A stretch of 64,000 bases of DNA from an uncultured virus (IMG/VR IMGVR_UViG_3300042934_000354). Taxonomy: Duplodnaviria; Heunggongvirae; Uroviricota; Caudoviricetes. Location: IMG/VR virus record IMGVR_UViG_3300042934_000354. One strand, given 5' to 3'. Below, piece by piece: positions 34,672 to 45,037 of the stretch (the first letter of the stretch is position 1; each line of letters starts with the position of its first letter). Under the pieces are notes generated by a model. It searched no databases. It was not told the DNA's origin and saw only the letters and a program-made list of their open reading frames with translations. The translations under genes and the position numbers were made by a program.

Positions 34672-36408
34672 ATGGCAAGGGAAGAGGCGACAACGTATGA
34701 CAAGCTGGCTGGAGAGGTAGAGAAGCAATACAAAGAGGGCCTATCCTTCCTGCGCAAGATGGGTTACCTGGACAAATGGCCGGAGTATGAGAGGTTCAGA
34801 GCAGGTGACCAATGGCCTCCAGCGACACCACGAACCAAATCACTGCCGCGTCCGGTGTTTAATTTGATCAAGATGATTGAGACGCATAAGGTCGCCAACG
34901 TCATGAGTGAGCAAATTAACATGCTGTTCAGTCGTGAAGAAGCAGACGAAACCATGGAGCAAGATGATACAGGCGATTTGTTCAGCCGGTACTCAGCAGC
35001 TACCTGGGAACGCGTCAAGCAGGACGATATCAATGAGGAAGCGCTGGACATTGCAGCCAACACAGGCACAGTGGCCGTGCATTATCACTACGATATGAGT
35101 ATCCAAGGCGGCGTGAAGTTCCCTTTCATCGGTGAAATGGACGGCGAGGTCATTGACCCGATCAACATATTCTTTGGTAATGAGCAGCAGCGTAATGTAC
35201 AACGACAGCCATACATCATAATCAGCAGCCGCGAGAGCGTCAACAGTGTCCGTGAATACGCCAGAAAGAATGGCATGAGCAAGGAAATGGTATCCCAGAT
35301 CAAGCCGGACAAGGACACAGAGGATGAGGGGTATGATCTTGCAAAGGTCGAGATTGACGACAGCAAGAAGATTGCAGTTATCACCAAGTACTGGAAGGGC
35401 AACGGCGGCAAGATCATGTTCTGCAAAGTTGCTGGTGGCATGACCATCAAGAAGCCTACGGACACAATGCTGAGCCGGTATCCTATCGCGGTCATGCAAT
35501 GGGAACGCCGCAAGAAGTCAATACGCGGTATAGGAGACACTGAGGGATTGATCCCGAACCAAAAGGCTATTAACACACTGGTCGCTATGCAGATACTATC
35601 TGTGCAGCTCACAGGCTGGCCCAAGCTCATTTACAAGAAAGGCGCGATTGATCCGAGCAAGGTAACCAATGCCCCTGGTGAAATGATCGAGGATCACCTA
35701 CCCGTGGGCCAGGGTGACGGGGCCAAGTACCTAACACCCGGTAACATCAGCTCCGTTGCTGGCAGCTTGGTAGAGTCCATACTGACCTATACACGCCAAA
35801 TGACCGGGGCCGATGAAGCTTCAACAGGATCTGCACCATCAGCTGATCTCAATGCCACTGCTATCATGCTGCTGCAAAAGGCTTCAGCCATCCCAATTGA
35901 GTCCATTAAGCGCCGTTTTTACTCCTTTATTGAGGACATTGGCCGCATATGGGAGGACATTTGGAAGGTAAAGTACAATCTACCGCGCCAAGTCACTCTA
36001 AAAGACGATGATGGCGAGGAATATCCGGCAATGTTTGACGGATCACAGTACCAGGACGTGCCGATGTCGCTCAAAATTGATGTTGGACCTTCATCCACTT
36101 ACTCCGAATCACTCATGTTGTCGAGCTTGGACAAGGCTCTGGACCGTGGGGATATCGACTATATGCAGTATCTCAAGTATGCGCCGCATGCTGTCGTTCC
36201 GTTCAGAGACCGCCTCATGAAGGAAATGGAAGAGAAGAAAGGTGTTATCGGCCAAATGGAACAATTAGTCGCTTCCATGCAGCCGGAGGAAAGAGAAATG
36301 TTCCAGTCCATGCAGCCGGATCAACAATTTATGTTCCTTCAGCAGAACATCTTAGCTCCACAAGTATCACAAGCAGTGCCGAATCAACCTACAGCCGTAG
36401 GAATGTAA
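34672..36408 (+). CDS. Portal protein (P22-like)
   Basis: GDQW, NQKAIN, NATAI..LQ motifs; position after TerL. Confidence 0.88.
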   Translation: MAREEATTYDKLAGEVEKQYKEGLSFLRKMGYLDKWPEYERFRAGDQWPPATPRTKSLPRPVFNLIKMIETHKVANVMSEQINMLFSREEADETMEQDDTGDLFSRYSAATWERVKQDDINEEALDIAANTGTVAVHYHYDMSIQGGVKFPFIGEMDGEVIDPINIFFGNEQQRNVQRQPYIIISSRESVNSVREYARKNGMSKEMVSQIKPDKDTEDEGYDLAKVEIDDSKKIAVITKYWKGNGGKIMFCKVAGGMTIKKPTDTMLSRYPIAVMQWERRKKSIRGIGDTEGLIPNQKAINTLVAMQILSVQLTGWPKLIYKKGAIDPSKVTNAPGEMIEDHLPVGQGDGAKYLTPGNISSVAGSLVESILTYTRQMTGADEASTGSAPSADLNATAIMLLQKASAIPIESIKRRFYSFIEDIGRIWEDIWKVKYNLPRQVTLKDDDGEEYPAMFDGSQYQDVPMSLKIDVGPSSTYSESLMLSSLDKALDRGDIDYMQYLKYAPHAVVPFRDRLMKEMEEKKGVIGQMEQLVASMQPEEREMFQSMQPDQQFMFLQQNILAPQVSQAVPNQPTAVGM

Positions 36409-36489
36409 AACATAGGGCTTCCGCTGAGACTGCGGTGGCCCTTTTTATATACAAATTTGCCCCAACCATAGGGCAAGGAGGCGTTACAC

Positions 36490-37287
36490 ATGGAAGAGAC
36501 CGCCAACCATAGCGGCATTGAACAGGCAGAACCGGTTACTGAGCAAGCATCGGTAACGGAGACAGTTGAATCACAAGCCACAGGGGAGACTGCAACACCA
36601 GCGGAGGAACCTAGAGGGATAAAGGTCAAGTACAACAAGGAAGAACGCTTTGTGCCAGAGGATGAGGTTCCGAATTGGGTTCAGAAAGGTTTGAACTATG
36701 ACAAGGTATCCGAAAAAGCCCAGCAAGCCGAGCGTTATCAGCAATCACTTGACCGTGTTGCGAAATATTACGGGTTTGATACTCACGAATCTTACATGGA
36801 AGCGCTGGAACAGGCCGAAACAGACCGCCGCATCACTGAAGAGGCGGATCGTCTCGGTGTGTCGGAGGATGTAATACGAGAATACGTCCAGCCACTGAAG
36901 AGTGAGCTTGATCAACTGAAGCAGCGCGACCAACAACGGTCCGAACAGGATGCACTCCAGAAGGTGGAGGCTCAAATATCAAGCATGGAGAGCGATATCG
37001 CTAACTATCCAAACTTTGCACAGCACAAAATGGATGTCATCAACCTTGCCGCAGTTAAAGGATACAGCTTGGATGATGCCTACAAGATCCTTACTTACGA
37101 CACGCGGGTAACAACCGCATCGCAACAGGCCCAGCAGGAGGCCATACGAAGACTGCAACAAAATGCCGACAGCTCAACAGGCGCACTGGGCGCTGACGCA
37201 CCGGAACAGGCCACAGGATACATGGCGATGTCTCCAGCAGAGCGAAAAGCGTACCGTGAGGCCATTAAGCGCGGACAACCATACTAA
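36490..37287 (+). CDS. Capsid scaffolding protein
   Basis: Acidic; IKVKYNKEE...QKGLNYD; before the capsid gene. Confidence 0.8.
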   Translation: MEETANHSGIEQAEPVTEQASVTETVESQATGETATPAEEPRGIKVKYNKEERFVPEDEVPNWVQKGLNYDKVSEKAQQAERYQQSLDRVAKYYGFDTHESYMEALEQAETDRRITEEADRLGVSEDVIREYVQPLKSELDQLKQRDQQRSEQDALQKVEAQISSMESDIANYPNFAQHKMDVINLAAVKGYSLDDAYKILTYDTRVTTASQQAQQEAIRRLQQNADSSTGALGADAPEQATGYMAMSPAERKAYREAIKRGQPY

Positions 37288-37301
37288 GGGGATGACTTAC
37301 C

Positions 37302-38264
37302 ATGGCAACATCAGTACAAGGGTATAACGCAACAGCCGGAGTAAATGCACTTACCGCAGAACAACATACGTATTTCCAGGATGAATTGCTCGAAAGACTG
37401 CTGCCGGAACTCAAATGGACGCAGTTCGGCGAGAAGAAGACTATCCCGAATCGCAAAGGTGCTACAACAAGCTTCCGCCGGCTTAATTCTCTGGCCGTAT
37501 CTACAACGGCACTGACCGAGGGTGTTACACCAGACGGCGTAAACCTGGATATCGTGGCAATCACAGCCACAGTAGCCGAATATGGCAGCTGGACCAAGAT
37601 TTCTGAATTCATCAACATGACAGGATATGACCCACTCTTGACTGAAGCGTCTGGACTTATGGGTGAAAACGCTGGTGAATCCATTGACACCATCGTGCGC
37701 GACATCGTGGCCGCAGGAACGAACGTAATTTATGCCAACGGTAAAGCTTCCCGAATCCTCACAGCTGCAACCGACAAGATTACTGCTGCAGACATCCTGA
37801 AGGTACGACGCACCATGAAGAATAATAGAGTCAAGGAAATCAAACTTCCTGGTGGTGGCTCTGGGTTTGTGGCTCTGGTACATCCTTTCGTAGCAATGGA
37901 CCTTATGCAGACACAGGAATGGAAAGATCAAAACACCTACGTAGACACCAAGAACCGCGAAGAAGGTATCCTGGGCAAAATATACGGCATCTACTTCATG
38001 GAAGTGGATAACGGTGTGAAATTCACTGGTGCCGGTGCATCGTCTGCGGACATCTACGGCACTATCTTCCTGGGCCGGGGCGCTTATGGCTTGCCTGACA
38101 TCGGCGGCAGCATGAAGCCTGAAATCATCGTACACCCTGCCGGTTCCGCCGGATCTGCTGACCCATTGAACCAATTCAACACCATCGCATGGAAATGTGC
38201 ATTCACTGCTGTTCGTTTGCAGGAACTGGCTATCATCCGTTACGAATCTGGCGCATCTGTATAA
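37302..38264 (+). CDS. Major capsid protein, N4-gp56 family
   Basis: FGEKK.IP..G.T..FRR, LTEGVTP, DPLNQ..T..WK. Confidence 0.93.
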   Translation: MATSVQGYNATAGVNALTAEQHTYFQDELLERLLPELKWTQFGEKKTIPNRKGATTSFRRLNSLAVSTTALTEGVTPDGVNLDIVAITATVAEYGSWTKISEFINMTGYDPLLTEASGLMGENAGESIDTIVRDIVAAGTNVIYANGKASRILTAATDKITAADILKVRRTMKNNRVKEIKLPGGGSGFVALVHPFVAMDLMQTQEWKDQNTYVDTKNREEGILGKIYGIYFMEVDNGVKFTGAGASSADIYGTIFLGRGAYGLPDIGGSMKPEIIVHPAGSAGSADPLNQFNTIAWKCAFTAVRLQELAIIRYESGASV

Positions 38265-38318
38265 AATCACTGAATGAGGGGGCCTAACGGCTCCCTTTTA
38301 ATTTGAGGAGGAACCACC

Positions 38319-38609
38319 ATGGCAACAGAAAAATCACTCGAAAAACAAGCAGCAGAAGCAGAAAAAAGCGCAGCACAACAACTGCAGGAAATGCCGAAAG
38401 TGAAAATAATCATCCCGGACGACCCTCAGAACCCATCTGACAAAGTCGTTCCAGTTGGATTTAACGGCGTAATATACGCGATTCCGCGGGGAATTACAGT
38501 AGAAGTCCCACAGGTGATTGCTGAGATTTGGCAGGACTCATACGAACGGACCCGGGCTGTCAATCAACGCATTGAAAGAAGCACGAGCCAAGAAATCAAA
38601 GTAATGTGA
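38319..38609 (+). CDS. Conserved head-associated protein
   Basis: V..NG..Y.IPRG..VEVP..IAE pattern after the capsid gene. Confidence 0.7.
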   Translation: MATEKSLEKQAAEAEKSAAQQLQEMPKVKIIIPDDPQNPSDKVVPVGFNGVIYAIPRGITVEVPQVIAEIWQDSYERTRAVNQRIERSTSQEIKVM

Positions 38610-38655
38610 CACTGGCCCCGCAATGGGGCCTTTTTGTCTATTAAGGGGTGATAAC

Positions 38656-39240
38656 GTGACTCTACAGGAGATCATAGATGAAATAACCGAGAAGTACCCT
38701 CATGGCCTGTCCAATGATAGTGTAATCCGCAAGGTTAACCAGGTACAAAATGAACTGTTCCGAACAACATTCCCGGTGCGCAGTTTGGCGATATATAACC
38801 TGCAGAAAGAGGTATTTGCTTACAACCTACCATTTCCAAAATCAAGCTTGGTTGGAGTGTTCGCTAATGGTGTTGAACATCGATACCAGGACGTTCGCAG
38901 GGCTTCAAATACGCCGTTCTATTACTTTGTGGGAACAACAGGCTTTGCTATCTACCCAACACCCACAGAGGACGTTACAGGCGGCCTGACGCTGTTCTAC
39001 AACAAGTACCCAACTCAATTATCTGTTTCAACTCTGACAGCAGTACCGGAGCTTGATGCAGACTTTCACATGCTGCTGGTGTATGGGACATTGGTACAAA
39101 TCGCGGAGAACTTCAATGATGTGGCGATGGTTAACAATTACACAGCGAAATATAACGGTTTAATTGAAGAATTTAACAAAGTCAATGATGAAACACCGGA
39201 TTACCTTGTCATTGAAGATGTCATGGGGGGGTTGTTATGA
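38656..39240 (+). CDS. Head-tail adaptor (podoviral)
   Basis: IYPTP, PELDADFH.LLVY; SD before GTG 38656. Confidence 0.75.
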   Translation: MTLQEIIDEITEKYPHGLSNDSVIRKVNQVQNELFRTTFPVRSLAIYNLQKEVFAYNLPFPKSSLVGVFANGVEHRYQDVRRASNTPFYYFVGTTGFAIYPTPTEDVTGGLTLFYNKYPTQLSVSTLTAVPELDADFHMLLVYGTLVQIAENFNDVAMVNNYTAKYNGLIEEFNKVNDETPDYLVIEDVMGGLL

Positions 39241-41282
39241 GCTCACAAGGCGATATTGCACAGCAGTTTATAGATGGTGGCGTGATCCCAGCTGACCTAG
39301 TAGGGCAAGCATCTGTATCTAAGGTATATGTCGATGGTCAATTAGCTGAGCGTGATACTGATATTTCAGCTGCGGCGTCTTTAGCAGCAGCAGCTCAGGG
39401 GTCTATCAATACGCATGAGGCTTCAGCGTCTGCCCACTCATCGTCAGCAATCACGTATACAGGGCCAATAGCAGCCAGCAACGTTAAGCAAGCCATTGAT
39501 GCAACTGATCAAAGAGTGAGTACCATCGTGGCAGGAGCCGGTGCGAGTAACACGGAGATTCTTGATGCCAGACAGCCGGCTACAGGAGAGGCTTTCCCGA
39601 TTCTTGGCGCCAGACTCAATGACGTTGATGCGCGGTTGGCGGAAACTACGGAACGTTTAGTGGATTTAGGCCTTAACGTAAAAAGTTTTGGAGCAATCGG
39701 TGACGGGGGTTCACATCCGTTATCCGATTATTTTCCGTCCCTTGCTTTAGCCCAAATGAAATATCCACATGCCCAGGCGCTGACTGATCAAGTAGATTGG
39801 GCGGCTATTCAATTGGCAATCGACTACGGATACGACATTGGACGATATACCATTCAAGTACCTAAAGGCGAATATAATATGACCTATCCGTTATTACATT
39901 GGGATGGGATGAGGCTAATTGGAGATGGCAGGAGTTTCGGTGCTGAGCAAAAGGGCACTCGTATTTTTAAACATAATCATTTCACTCTGAATGATGGTTC
40001 GATTTATGCTGATACTGATGCCGTTGTCATTTTAGCCAATAAATCAAAAGTGATAGAGGGATATGTTCAGGCCAATCAAGAGATCCATAACATATTTATT
40101 GACGGAATTATCGACTTTGACACTGCCAATTTCACTGCTTATGGGGTCGTAAGTTATACTAACACTTCGTTTTGCACAATTAATAGCTGTGAGATTGGAT
40201 CAGATATATCATTACAATTTAGACATCACTTATTCCAATCGACTGTTACAAATAATCTTTTTACTGGGTGGCACAAAGGATTCTCAATGCTGCGACTCGG
40301 AACAAGCAATTACCTATCCAAATGCTATGTTCTTAATTCTCGCGCTGATGATACTGCGATTGCGTATGAATTAAGAGGAATTTATTCATCCGGAAACAAC
40401 TTGGCCTGTGACAGCGGAAAAGGGACTGTCTATTATTTTGTTAATGCTGATTGGGATTTATCTGGTGTTGGATGTGAGGACTGTAATCATGCGAAGACAA
40501 TCGTTGAAGTTGATGGAAATAGCAACGTTACAATTAATACTCCAACGCTATTAGGTAACTTTGATGTTGGCTCTACAGTATTTAAAGTAGGCACTGAATC
40601 ACGTTTAACGATAAATAATGGAACGATCGGTGATGTTCATACTCCTCAGAAGGTGAGCGAAGGTAGTCTATATCAACTTGGATACAGATGTGCTCTCACG
40701 CTCAATAATGTTCAAATGAGAGACAAATACAACACCAGACCCACTAACCTGGACATCAATAATAGCTATGCAAAAATAACACCAAAAGGCTCAACGGAAA
40801 TCGGGTTATTTGGACTTGAAAGCCCAACTGTCTTTAAAAGTCCAAGACAGTTCATCGGCTCGCTAGGACCTATTGATGATTACAACACCTTTAATCAATT
40901 AACACCAAGAGTAATTTTTTTGGGAGTGGATAACCCGTACTATAACTTTGATGGGGCTAATTATGCCGGTTCGATGGCTCTGCCAATAGGCACAGTTTTT
41001 TTAACAGGAAATCCCTTGAAATATGGCTGTGTCGGTTGGACGATTACAGGATACTACACAGGAGATGAAAACTTTTTATACGGTGCTATCGTCACCCCTA
41101 TACCTATCGTACTATCGGGTACTACAGCGGAAAGGCCAGTATTGCAGAACTTCACTATTGGCGGACGCACATTTAAAAGCTTAGCGCCGGGACAACCGTT
41201 CTTGGATACAACAATCAGTAAAATGATATATAGAAACGTTGCAAATGATGGATGGATGGATTCGAATGGTACAGCGGTATAG
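39237..41282 (+). CDS. Tailspike / receptor-binding protein with pectate-lyase-like beta-helix
   Basis: NVKSFGAIGDG...AAIQ.AID...VPKGEY; lower-GC C-terminal part. Confidence 0.82.
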   Translation: MSSQGDIAQQFIDGGVIPADLVGQASVSKVYVDGQLAERDTDISAAASLAAAAQGSINTHEASASAHSSSAITYTGPIAASNVKQAIDATDQRVSTIVAGAGASNTEILDARQPATGEAFPILGARLNDVDARLAETTERLVDLGLNVKSFGAIGDGGSHPLSDYFPSLALAQMKYPHAQALTDQVDWAAIQLAIDYGYDIGRYTIQVPKGEYNMTYPLLHWDGMRLIGDGRSFGAEQKGTRIFKHNHFTLNDGSIYADTDAVVILANKSKVIEGYVQANQEIHNIFIDGIIDFDTANFTAYGVVSYTNTSFCTINSCEIGSDISLQFRHHLFQSTVTNNLFTGWHKGFSMLRLGTSNYLSKCYVLNSRADDTAIAYELRGIYSSGNNLACDSGKGTVYYFVNADWDLSGVGCEDCNHAKTIVEVDGNSNVTINTPTLLGNFDVGSTVFKVGTESRLTINNGTIGDVHTPQKVSEGSLYQLGYRCALTLNNVQMRDKYNTRPTNLDINNSYAKITPKGSTEIGLFGLESPTVFKSPRQFIGSLGPIDDYNTFNQLTPRVIFLGVDNPYYNFDGANYAGSMALPIGTVFLTGNPLKYGCVGWTITGYYTGDENFLYGAIVTPIPIVLSGTTAERPVLQNFTIGGRTFKSLAPGQPFLDTTISKMIYRNVANDGWMDSNGTAV

Positions 41283-41297
41283 AAAGGGAGGATAATT

Positions 41298-41582
41298 ATG
41301 GCACTACTTACTAAATCAATACTTGAAAACGGTCTTGAGGTTGATAATTCATACACGCGTATATTTTTTCTAAATATGAACGGGGATAAAGAGAAGCTTA
41401 CCATCGGGGTTCAGTATTTTATCAGCCAAGAAGCTATTCAAGAGGGTAAAACACCTTTGAAGTCTGAATACTACGATTTCGTACCCTCTGTTGAAGACGG
41501 ATCAGAGAACTTTATCAAGCAAGGATACGAGCATTTGAAAACATTACCGGAGTTTTCCGGTGCAATTGATGTTTTAGAGTAG
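41298..41582 (+). CDS. Small tailspike-associated protein
   Basis: QGYEHLKTLPEFSGA.DV motif. Confidence 0.65.
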   Translation: MALLTKSILENGLEVDNSYTRIFFLNMNGDKEKLTIGVQYFISQEAIQEGKTPLKSEYYDFVPSVEDGSENFIKQGYEHLKTLPEFSGAIDVLE

Positions 41583-41664
41583 GGCCGGGACGAGGATCGC
41601 AAATTTCAACACAAATAATAGCCTCCTTGTCGGGAGGCTCTTTAAATTTTAGGAGGTGATGAGC

Positions 41665-41805
41665 ATGTTCAGAAGGATCAGAGAATGGCTGATTTTCAAA
41701 CTGGTTGGAAATCAGCCGGTAATCATGAACATTGATTGTGTATTGTGTCCAAAAACATATGATATGGATTCTACAATCTTAACTAAAAATTCTAATCTTG
41801 TGTAG
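41665..41805 (+). CDS. Small hypothetical protein (46 aa)
   Basis: AGGAGGTG SD; MFRRIREWLIFKLVG... Confidence 0.5.
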   Translation: MFRRIREWLIFKLVGNQPVIMNIDCVLCPKTYDMDSTILTKNSNLV

Positions 41806-42034
41806 GTGGACTAGACAGGTTGTACTTCTTGCATTTAGGGCAGTGAAGTACAATGCCTGTTACCCCTGATAATTCCACACCTTGAGCGAGAACGAAATCG
41901 CAGAATCCACAAGTCAGTTTATAACTTCCTTCACCCTTTATAAAGGGTTCTCGATTAGGGCTATTGCCTTTAGTGAAAACAGTGGCTGTTCCTTCGTCTG
42001 GTTTTGGTATGATCTTTAGTCTTATCTTTTTCAA
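41792..42034 (-). CDS. Zn-ribbon (Com-like) moron protein
   Basis: AAGGAGG SD + TTG; CGFC...CPKCKKYN; own TATAAT upstream. Confidence 0.7.
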   Translation of the reverse strand: MKKIRLKIIPKPDEGTATVFTKGNSPNREPFIKGEGSYKLTCGFCDFVLAQGVELSGVTGIVLHCPKCKKYNLSSPPTQD

Positions 42035-42159
42035 ATGCTTTACCTCCTTTCTAAAAAATGACAACGCATGTCTCATTTTAAAGGAAATGGAGGATTTATA
42101 CTATTATAAAAAGTTTTGAATAGTAGGATCATACTGCGCAATAAGAAAGGAGGTGCTTC

Positions 42160-43550
42160 ATGCAACCTTGGGTATCTGCACCGAATAAATCCAAACCAGT
42201 CATTGTCACGCTGGCCGATGGCATAAATCAATCCGTAGAGTCCATAGAGCTTGCTGACGGTCAAAGTACCGCGGCACTCAATGTGGACTCTTTTATTTAT
42301 CCAACGCTTCAGGTGCGTGACGGGTACGCACTGCACAGCACCCACACGGGCTATATTAACCGCCTGTTCAAGTTCCTGGGTGTTTGGTACTGTGGCAATG
42401 GAAGGGGCCTGTATCGCTTTACAGGTTCCTCCTGGGTGTCTGTGTATGAGCATGGTGACGTAAACAATGATCGGCTATGGGATGCGGCTATGTTCTTCGA
42501 TGGCAGTAAGCTTTACTTCTTGGACGGATCTCTTCAGCTGCAGCAATGGGACGGCACCACTTTAACCACGATGAGCGCTGCCCCGGCATCCAGTGCGTTC
42601 CTTACAACACACGCCAACCGGTTCTATCTGGCGAACCGCAACGACAACCTGTTGTCATACTCCGGCCTGCGAGATGCTGCGGACTGGACGAGCACCAACA
42701 AATACACCGGAACCGGGAAGATCACCGTTGAAACGCCGGACGGAGAGAAGCCAACTGGCCTTATTGCTTACGCGGATCATGTGATACTGTTCAAAAAGTA
42801 CACACTACACGAGCTGTACGGTGAGGATTCAACCAACTTCCAGATGCAAAACCCTTACGGGGTAGGTTGTATCTCAGATCGGACCATCGTTCCAACCAAT
42901 TCGGCGCTTTTTGGCTAGGCCCTGACGGAGTATATTCCTACTCAGGAGGGGCCGCACCCGTCAAAATAAGCGATCCTATCAAAAATTACATTGCGTCCAT
43001 CAACCAAGCTTACGCGAAACACTGCGTGGCCGGCACTGATGGGCGTTTTCTTTACCTGTCCCTAGTGACCGGGGGAAATACCCTTCCTAACATAACTCTC
43101 AAATACGACCTACAGGGTGGCCGCTGGTGGCCTTGTAGCTTTGTGGCTACATCTTATTACCTTGACGGTCAGACGCTCTACATCGGGACTGTAGACGGTC
43201 AGGTGCTGCAAATGGGAGGGGCAACAGACAACGGGGCGGTAATCAACTGGTCTATTGAAACTAAACCGTTCAGTGAAGGTGACGAAACCGTCCGGAAGAC
43301 CATTAACCGCCTGTGGGTGATTGCGGATATTGAGCCGAGCTCTTCTCTCTATGCGGCCTACGCCACAGGCACAGAAGGTTCCACCTGGAACGTGGTAAAC
43401 TCCACGACCAACGGCACCGGAGCTATTCAAAGCATCCGCATACCGGTAATCGTCAACACACCGCAAATATGGTACCGCCTGAAGCTATACGGTACTGGGA
43501 AGGTCAAAATACACCGCATTATCCGCGAGGTCACAGGGAGGAATTCATAA
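42160..43550 (+). pseudogene. Tail nozzle/stabilisation protein (P22 gp10-like beta-propeller), frameshifted at a T5 run (42908-42912)
   Basis: Two ORFs join as ...GCISDRTIVPTNSALF/WLGPDGVY with one extra T. Confidence 0.75.
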
Positions 43551-44284
43551 TGGCTGGAGTTAACTTGCCGAATGTTGAGGGTATGACCTCGCTATCGGAT
43601 TTAAAGAACGCTGTCGGTAAAATGACGAAGGAACTGTCGTGGCTGCTGAACAACTTGGATACGCGCAACCTGAACTATGTTGATGGTGATCTACTGGTAG
43701 AGGGTACGGTGACGGCGCTGAAACTGCAGGTGGAGGAATTATCTGCGATCAGTGCAAACCTGGGTAAGATTGTATCAGGTGAAATCTATGGCGCGTATAT
43801 TGCAACCAAGGAAGCTGCATATCCGAGAGCAGAAATGAGCTCTACGAGCGATTTGTTCGGTGCATATAAAGATGCAGATAATTTCATCCGTATTGTTGCT
43901 GATTATGGCGGTTCTCCAGCATTAGAAGTGTGGAGTGCTGGGGCTATTAAGGGCAGAATCAATACTTTATTAGGCGTTCTGGCTGTCGAGGGATATTCGG
44001 GTATAACAGTATCTTCCTATAGTTCAACTGATTTGCGATCAGCCGAATATGTTCTTGTTCCAAAGTCGGACTGGAGTGGACTTATTAAGGAGGATGGACT
44101 TTCACTTCAAGATGAATTCGATACATTGAGTGATGAACTAGCGGGAAAGGCTACTGTAGGGATATCAACAAGCCTTTCTGGTTCAGCGAATGGAGGTATA
44201 CCTATTGGAACAGTACTGATGGTATCTGGAGGCGGTACAGTTACATGGACAGGAGTACCTTTGCATTCACACGCCCAAAATTAA
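43550..44284 (+). CDS. Tail-associated protein
   Basis: TAATG coupling and GGGAGG SD; LSAISANLG motif. Confidence 0.7.
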   Translation: MAGVNLPNVEGMTSLSDLKNAVGKMTKELSWLLNNLDTRNLNYVDGDLLVEGTVTALKLQVEELSAISANLGKIVSGEIYGAYIATKEAAYPRAEMSSTSDLFGAYKDADNFIRIVADYGGSPALEVWSAGAIKGRINTLLGVLAVEGYSGITVSSYSSTDLRSAEYVLVPKSDWSGLIKEDGLSLQDEFDTLSDELAGKATVGISTSLSGSANGGIPIGTVLMVSGGGTVTWTGVPLHSHAQN

Positions 44285-44324
44285 ATGCTATACTTATCCC
44301 AAAGTCTAACATTGGGGTGCAATT

Positions 44325-44936
44325 ATGAAGAAATTCGGAATGCTAGTGGTTGGTTTTGTCATCGGGGCAACACTTACGCTTTCGCCGCAGATATACGGTG
44401 CTGGATCAAAGTTATTGGGTAGCAAGGTAGATAATACTTTAGACATTAAACTCAATGGATCATCTATAGGTCAAGGCGCTGTGATTAACGGTACAAGTTA
44501 TATACCAGTTAGATCCGCAGCTAATGCCCTAGGATTGGAGGTAAACGTGGATAACACTCAGGTTAATTTAACGGAAACTTCTAACGAAGATAATGCAAGA
44601 ATAGCACAAGAAGAACAAGCTAAAATGGATAAGGAACAGAAAGAAAATGATGACGCTGCATATAAGGATAAATTAAACCGTGACATTACAAGTTCCAAGC
44701 GTAAACTGGAAAGTTATACAAAAGCATTGACATTATCTGAAAGTGAAATAGTTAGAACTAAGGCTATGCTTGATACAATAAACGCAAATCCACAGGCCCC
44801 CGCAGACTCAATAAAAGAAGCTCAAGATAAGTACAACACAGCGTTAAGTGCAAAAGAAGCAATGCAGAAAAAAATAAACGATGAAACAAAAGTATTATCT
44901 GATTTACAAACTGAACTATCGAAAATGCAACAATAA
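44325..44936 (+). CDS. Exported moron protein (signal peptide, copper-amine-oxidase-N-like stalk, coiled coil)
   Basis: MKKFG + hydrophobic stretch; INGTSYIPVR; upstream TGcTATACT and downstream terminator. Confidence 0.75.
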   Translation: MKKFGMLVVGFVIGATLTLSPQIYGAGSKLLGSKVDNTLDIKLNGSSIGQGAVINGTSYIPVRSAANALGLEVNVDNTQVNLTETSNEDNARIAQEEQAKMDKEQKENDDAAYKDKLNRDITSSKRKLESYTKALTLSESEIVRTKAMLDTINANPQAPADSIKEAQDKYNTALSAKEAMQKKINDETKVLSDLQTELSKMQQ

Positions 44937-45037
44937 TAATCAAAACCTATTGACCCCACATGCTACACTGAAATAAATAACAGATCGGCCAGAGGACTCC
45001 ATACGGGGTCCTTTTTCTATTGCAAAGGAGTGAGAAG

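Noticed and set aside
37311..38270. 319-aa antisense ORF opposite the capsid gene
   Set aside because: It mirrors a strongly codon-biased gene and has no SD or recognisable motif; a shadow ORF
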